Source: Chlorokybus atmophyticus
Lineage: Eukaryota > Plantae > Mesostigma and Chlorokybus algae
Assembly (NCBI GenBank): GCA_009103225.1
Contig: RHPI01002699.1
Span: forward strand, 58,110-97,262
Direction of reading: 5' to 3'
DNA: 39,153 nt
Positions 35,658-39,153 of the stretch are shown here, piece by piece. The notes beneath the pieces are model-generated. The model did not search any database. It worked only from the letters and a program-made list of their open reading frames with translations, and had not been told where the DNA came from. The number at the start of each line of letters is the position of its first letter. Within the stretch, counting starts at the first letter, position 1. Both the position numbers and the translations under genes were made by a program.

Positions 35658-38600
35658 CTCCTCCCCCCCCAGGTGAGCTTCGTCCTCGAAGCTCGCGAGG
35701 TTGTCGTCGAGCAAGATAGGCACGCACAACGTCTTGAGCATTAGTCAAGTGTGCCTCTGGCTCCCAGGATGCTTCATGCAACGGATAGCCCTTCCATTTC
35801 ACTAAGAACTTGCGTACGCCATGCACAAACTTCTCACCAAGGATGTCTTCTACCTCCCACTCGGGTTCACCGTCCGTGCCAACTTCGGGGGGTGGCCTTT
35901 CTGGCGGTTGTCCTCGATATGCTTTCAGAAGGGAGACGTGAAAAACGGGGTGCACACGCATGGTGTCGGGTAGCTCCAACTTGTACGCCACGTCCGAGAT
36001 AACTTTGCTGACCTTAAATGGTCCCAACCAGCGTTCATTCAGCTTGCGAACTCCCGTACGCACCTGGACGTGCTTCGCGGAGAGTAACACAATGTCGCCT
36101 TCCTGAAACGTGAGGTGTCGGCGATGCGCGTCCGCGTACTGCTTCTGCCGATTTTGTGCCACCAATAACGCATCCCTAGCTGCCTTGTTAATGTCCGCGC
36201 ACTTTGTAAGGAAGTCATTAGCTGCCTCCACACGCACGTCATGTCGTCGCGGTGTCCATGCCGTCAACGGTGTCAATGGATGTTGCCCGTAGTTCATAAG
36301 GAAGGGAGTGACACCTGTGCTTGCATTGTGGTGGTTGTTGATCGCAAACTCAACCAACTCAAGCAGCTCCTCCCAATTGTCTTGTCGCGCGTTAACGTAG
36401 CAACGCAGCATGTCCTCGATCACACGGTTGGCCCGCTCCGTTTGCCCATCAGTTTGCGGGTGGAATGCCGTGCTAAACTTCAGTGTGGTACCCAGTGCAC
36501 TATGCAGCGCCTCCCAAAACTTACTTGTAAAGCGCGGGTCGCGATCACTCACAATGCTTCGTGGTAATCCATGAGAACGAAATACATGCTTCACGAACAA
36601 GCGTGCTGCCTCCGGTGCCGTGCAAGACTCACTACACGGTGCCAAGCGTACCATTTTGCTGGTTTTATCGACGAACACAAGTATAGCGTCGTACCCTTCT
36701 TTTGTCTTTGGTAGCCCCGTGATAAAGTCCATGGTAACTTGCTCCCACTTGGACAATGGCACAGGGAGAGGTTGCAGCAACCCACCTGGCTTTTGGTTGC
36801 TTGCCTTCACCCTTTGGCATGCGTCGCACAACGCCACGTAGTCGCGCACATCGCGATGCATCTCTCGCCAGTAAAAACGCTGTTTTAAGCTTGCCAAAGT
36901 CCTTTCCAACCCTTGGTGACCAGCAATGGGCACATCATGAGCTTCCTTCAGCAACTTCACACGGATATGCGCGACGTTGGGGATGTACAAGCGCCCATGG
37001 TGCCACAGCAGCCCGTCGCGCATTGACCAGTGCCCACTTGTGTCCGTAGCTGTATTTTCCAGCTCTTGCAACACTTTCACACCCTCCGTGTCTTCACTAA
37101 GCACTTGCCGAATCTGGTCGGTCCACTCGGGCTGCACTTGAGCGAGTGCCTCAATTGCATTAAGCCGGCTCAGCGCGTCAGCAACACCATTTGACGTACC
37201 GGGCTTGTACTTGATATCGAAGTCAAATAGTTGAAAGAACTCAAGCCATCGAGCTTGTCTGCGACTCAGATGAGGTTGTGTTTGTAAGTACCTCAGTGGA
37301 GAGTGATCCGTCTCAAGCACGAACTTTTTGCCTTCCAGAAAACAACGCCATTGTCGTAGCGCCATGACCTGCGCTAAAAGTTCCTTCTCGTGCACGGGGT
37401 AATTCAGCTCCGCACCACTCATTTTCTTGCTGAAGAATGCTATTGGTTGAAGGCCGTTGCCATGGTCTTGCTGCAAAACAGCTCCTACGGCTGTGTCGGA
37501 CGCGTCGCAAGCCAAAATAAATGTCTTTTTCATGTTGGGGTGAGCCAGGACTGGTGCCTCCGTCAGCGCCTTCTTCAACGCAGCAAATGCATGTTCCTCT
37601 GTTGCTGACCAGCGCCAATGCTTTCCCTTCTTGAGTAGGGTAGTCAAGGGAGCAGCTATGCGCGAAAACCCCATGATAAACTTGCGATAATACCCCGCAA
37701 GGCCTAAAAAGGACATCACCTCCTTTACATTGGTCGGGGCAGCCCACTCGCGCACCACCTGCACTTTGTTGGGGTCCGGCTTGATGCCTTCATGCGACAC
37801 AATGTGGCCTAGGTACTCCACCTCTCGAAGCAAGAATTTGCACTTCTGTAGCTGGGCGTACAACTTGTGTTCGCGCAAACGCTGCAACACGCGCCGTAGA
37901 AGTGCCACGTGCTCCTCCTTTGTTGTCGCGTACACCAAAATGTCGTCGAGGTACACGAGGACTCCCTTACCAATCAAGTCAGCAAAAACGCTGTTCATAA
38001 GCGTTTGAAATGTTGCCGGTGCGTTCGTAAGTCCGAAGGACATGACCAACCACTCGTAGTGCCCATAACGTGTGTTAAAAGCTGTTTTCTCCACATCCTC
38101 GGGCGCGATGCGAATTTGGTGATAACCTCCAGCAAGATCAAGNNNNNNNNNNNNNNNNNNNNNNNNNNNNNNNNNNNNNNNNNNNNNNNNNNNNNNNNNN
38201 NNNNNNNNNNNNNNNNNNNNNNNNNNNNNNNNNNNNNNNNNNNNNNNNNNNNNNNNNNNNNNNNNNNNNNNNNNNNNNNNNNNNNNNNNNNNNNNNNNNN
38301 NNNNNNNNNNNNNNNNNNNNNNNNNNNNNNNNNNNNNNNNNNNNNNNNNNNNNNNNNNNNNNNNNNNNNNNNNNNNNNNNNNNNNNNNNNNNNNNNNNNN
38401 NNNNNNNNNNNNNNNNNNNNNNNNNNNNNNNNNNNNNNNNNNNNNNNNNNNNNNNNNNNNNNNNNNNNNNNNNNNNNNNNNNNNNNNNNNNNNNNNNNNN
38501 NNNNNNNNNNNNNNNNNNNNNNNNNNNNNNNNNNNNNNNNNNNNNNNNNNNNNNNNNNNNNNNNNNNNNNNNNNNNNNNNNNNNNNNNNNNNNNNNNNNN

Positions 38601-38994
38601 NNNNNNNNNNNNNNNNNNNNNNNNNNNNNNNNNNNNNNNNNNNNNNNNNNNNNNNNNNNNNNNNNNNNNNNNNNNNNNNNNNNNNNNNNNNNNNNNNNNN
38701 NNNNNNNAAGTTGCTGTTGGCACCGCTATCAATCATGAGCTTACACTCTCTCCATCGTCCTTGGTCATCGCAAATGTGTGCTCGAAGCCCGAAGTACTTT
38801 GTTGTCTCCTCGTTTGCATAACTCACCACCATTGGCGCGTTCAAAGCCATCTCTTCTTGCTTCTTTAATGGAAATGTCACAGCATCCGTCCGTGCATGAG
38901 GCTCCTTCCTATCCCCAGCAGTAGCCTCCTCACCTACTGGGGGAAATCGTTTTCCTGCTCCACGCCATTTTGCTCCATGGTGTTGACGCGACGA
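35653..38994 (-). CDS. pol: Retrotransposon Pol polyprotein (aspartic protease, RT, RNase H, integrase, chromodomain); no own ATG, -1 frame relative to gag
   Basis: Protease IDSGAN; RT LDLAGGYHQIRI, KTAFNTRYGHYEWLVMSFGLTNAPATFQ, YLDD; RNase H CDASDTAVGAVL, EKELLA; integrase HDVPIAGH...CDAC, MDFITGLP, VSDRDPRF, HPQTDGQTER, GPF; chromodomain EWEVEDIL...FLVKWKGY...SWEP. The frame is open from 38994 (TGA at 38995-38997). No stops in the sequenced parts; 38143-38707 is Ns. Confidence 0.92.
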   Translation of the reverse strand, partial: SSRQHHGAKWRGAGKRFPPVGEEATAGDRKEPHARTDAVTFPLKKQEEMALNAPMVVSYANEETTKYFGLRAHICDDQGRWRECKLMIDSGANSNXXXXXXXXXXXXXXXXXXXXXXXXXXXXXXXXXXXXXXXXXXXXXXXXXXXXXXXXXXXXXXXXXXXXXXXXXXXXXXXXXXXXXXXXXXXXXXXXXXXXXXXXXXXXXXXXXXXXXXXXXXXXXXXXXXXXXXXXXXXXXXXXXXXXXXXXXXXXXXXXXXXXXXXXXXXXXXXXXXXXXXXXXXXXXLDLAGGYHQIRIAPEDVEKTAFNTRYGHYEWLVMSFGLTNAPATFQTLMNSVFADLIGKGVLVYLDDILVYATTKEEHVALLRRVLQRLREHKLYAQLQKCKFLLREVEYLGHIVSHEGIKPDPNKVQVVREWAAPTNVKEVMSFLGLAGYYRKFIMGFSRIAAPLTTLLKKGKHWRWSATEEHAFAALKKALTEAPVLAHPNMKKTFILACDASDTAVGAVLQQDHGNGLQPIAFFSKKMSGAELNYPVHEKELLAQVMALRQWRCFLEGKKFVLETDHSPLRYLQTQPHLSRRQARWLEFFQLFDFDIKYKPGTSNGVADALSRLNAIEALAQVQPEWTDQIRQVLSEDTEGVKVLQELENTATDTSGHWSMRDGLLWHHGRLYIPNVAHIRVKLLKEAHDVPIAGHQGLERTLASLKQRFYWREMHRDVRDYVALCDACQRVKASNQKPGGLLQPLPVPLSKWEQVTMDFITGLPKTKEGYDAILVFVDKTSKMVRLAPCSESCTAPEAARLFVKHVFRSHGLPRSIVSDRDPRFTSKFWEALHSALGTTLKFSTAFHPQTDGQTERANRVIEDMLRCYVNARQDNWEELLELVEFAINNHHNASTGVTPFLMNYGQHPLTPLTAWTPRRHDVRVEAANDFLTKCADINKAARDALLVAQNRQKQYADAHRRHLTFQEGDIVLLSAKHVQVRTGVRKLNERWLGPFKVSKVISDVAYKLELPDTMRVHPVFHVSLLKAYRGQPPERPPPEVGTDGEPEWEVEDILGEKFVHGVRKFLVKWKGYPLHEASWEPEAHLTNAQDVVRAYLARRQPRELRGRSSPGGGGV
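35658..35670 (-). promoter_or_regulatory. Polypurine tract (plus-strand primer)
   Basis: GGGGGGGGAGGAG abuts the LTR start TGTAAC; the pol stop codon TAA lies inside the LTR terminus. Confidence 0.85.
38143..38707. other. Assembly gap (Ns) within pol
   Basis: N run covering the end of the protease and the start of RT. Confidence 0.95.
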
Positions 38995-39152
38995 TCACGG
39001 CGAGGGTTACCATCCGGTGTTAACCTTTGCGTGCTTCGTTTGGGGCATCCGTACGCCAAATGCTCCGTCGACCCACACGCATAACACTTGCGCACACCTT
39101 TACCTCTTTCACCACGTCCGCCGTGCTTCGCCCCACTTCCCTGTGTGTGTAT
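38934..39152 (-). CDS. gag: Retrotransposon Gag C-terminus (partial)
   Basis: Minus frame IHTQGSGAKHGGRGERGKGVRK-CYACGSTEHLAYGC-PKRSTQ...EQENDFPQ*, containing a CX2CX4HX4C zinc knuckle; TAG at 38936-38934. Confidence 0.85.
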   Translation of the reverse strand: MHTQGSGAKHGGRGERGKGVRKCYACGSTEHLAYGCPKRSTQRLTPDGNPRRDRRVNTMEQNGVEQENDFPQ

Positions 39153-39153
39153 G

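Larger units (their letters stand above)
34986..39153 (-). mobile_element. Ty3/gypsy LTR retrotransposon of chromovirus type (3' part; continues beyond the window)
   Basis: On the minus strand: gag zinc knuckle, then protease-RT-RNaseH-integrase-chromodomain, polypurine tract and LTR. RT before integrase is the Ty3/gypsy domain order. Confidence 0.93.

Noticed and set aside
35751-38868. Plus-strand ORFs overlapping pol
   Set aside because: Antisense shadows of the retrotransposon ORF with no independent motifs.
1-39153. tRNA, rRNA or CRISPR arrays
   Set aside because: No cloverleaf, rRNA-like segment or repeat-spacer array was seen by eye; a covariance-model scan was not run.

Overview
Eukaryotic nuclear DNA. 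The plant-type PIEZO, MPDU1 and DnaJ-X sequences, together with GC-rich exons and CA/TG-repeat-rich introns, suggest a streptophyte (probably algal) genome; this is an inference. Layout: (i) 1-8.7 kb has no recognisable gene but carries three perfect hairpins; (ii) four intron-rich genes, whose exons I reconstructed by hand from splice signals, reading frame and remembered homolog motifs: a DnaJ/DnaJ-X co-chaperone (+, 8762-12161), a bacterial YidR/DUF3748-like protein with a eukaryotic-style N-terminal extension (+, 13018-17487), an MPDU1/PQ-loop protein (+, 19094-21201) and a PIEZO channel (-, 21636 to at least 31506, 5' end unresolved); (iii) a 32.2-35 kb stretch rich in inverted repeats, with a solo LTR flanked by a 5-bp TSD; (iv) a chromodomain-bearing Ty3/gypsy retrotransposon (-) running off the right edge, with gag and pol in different frames. 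The most notable points are the fully intronised bacterial-type YidR gene, five GC-AG introns among 54 inferred, a duplicated Cys-x14-Cys module in MPDU1, and a candidate -1 frameshift pseudoknot. I found no bacterial-style multi-gene system. All homology statements are from memory, not from database searches.
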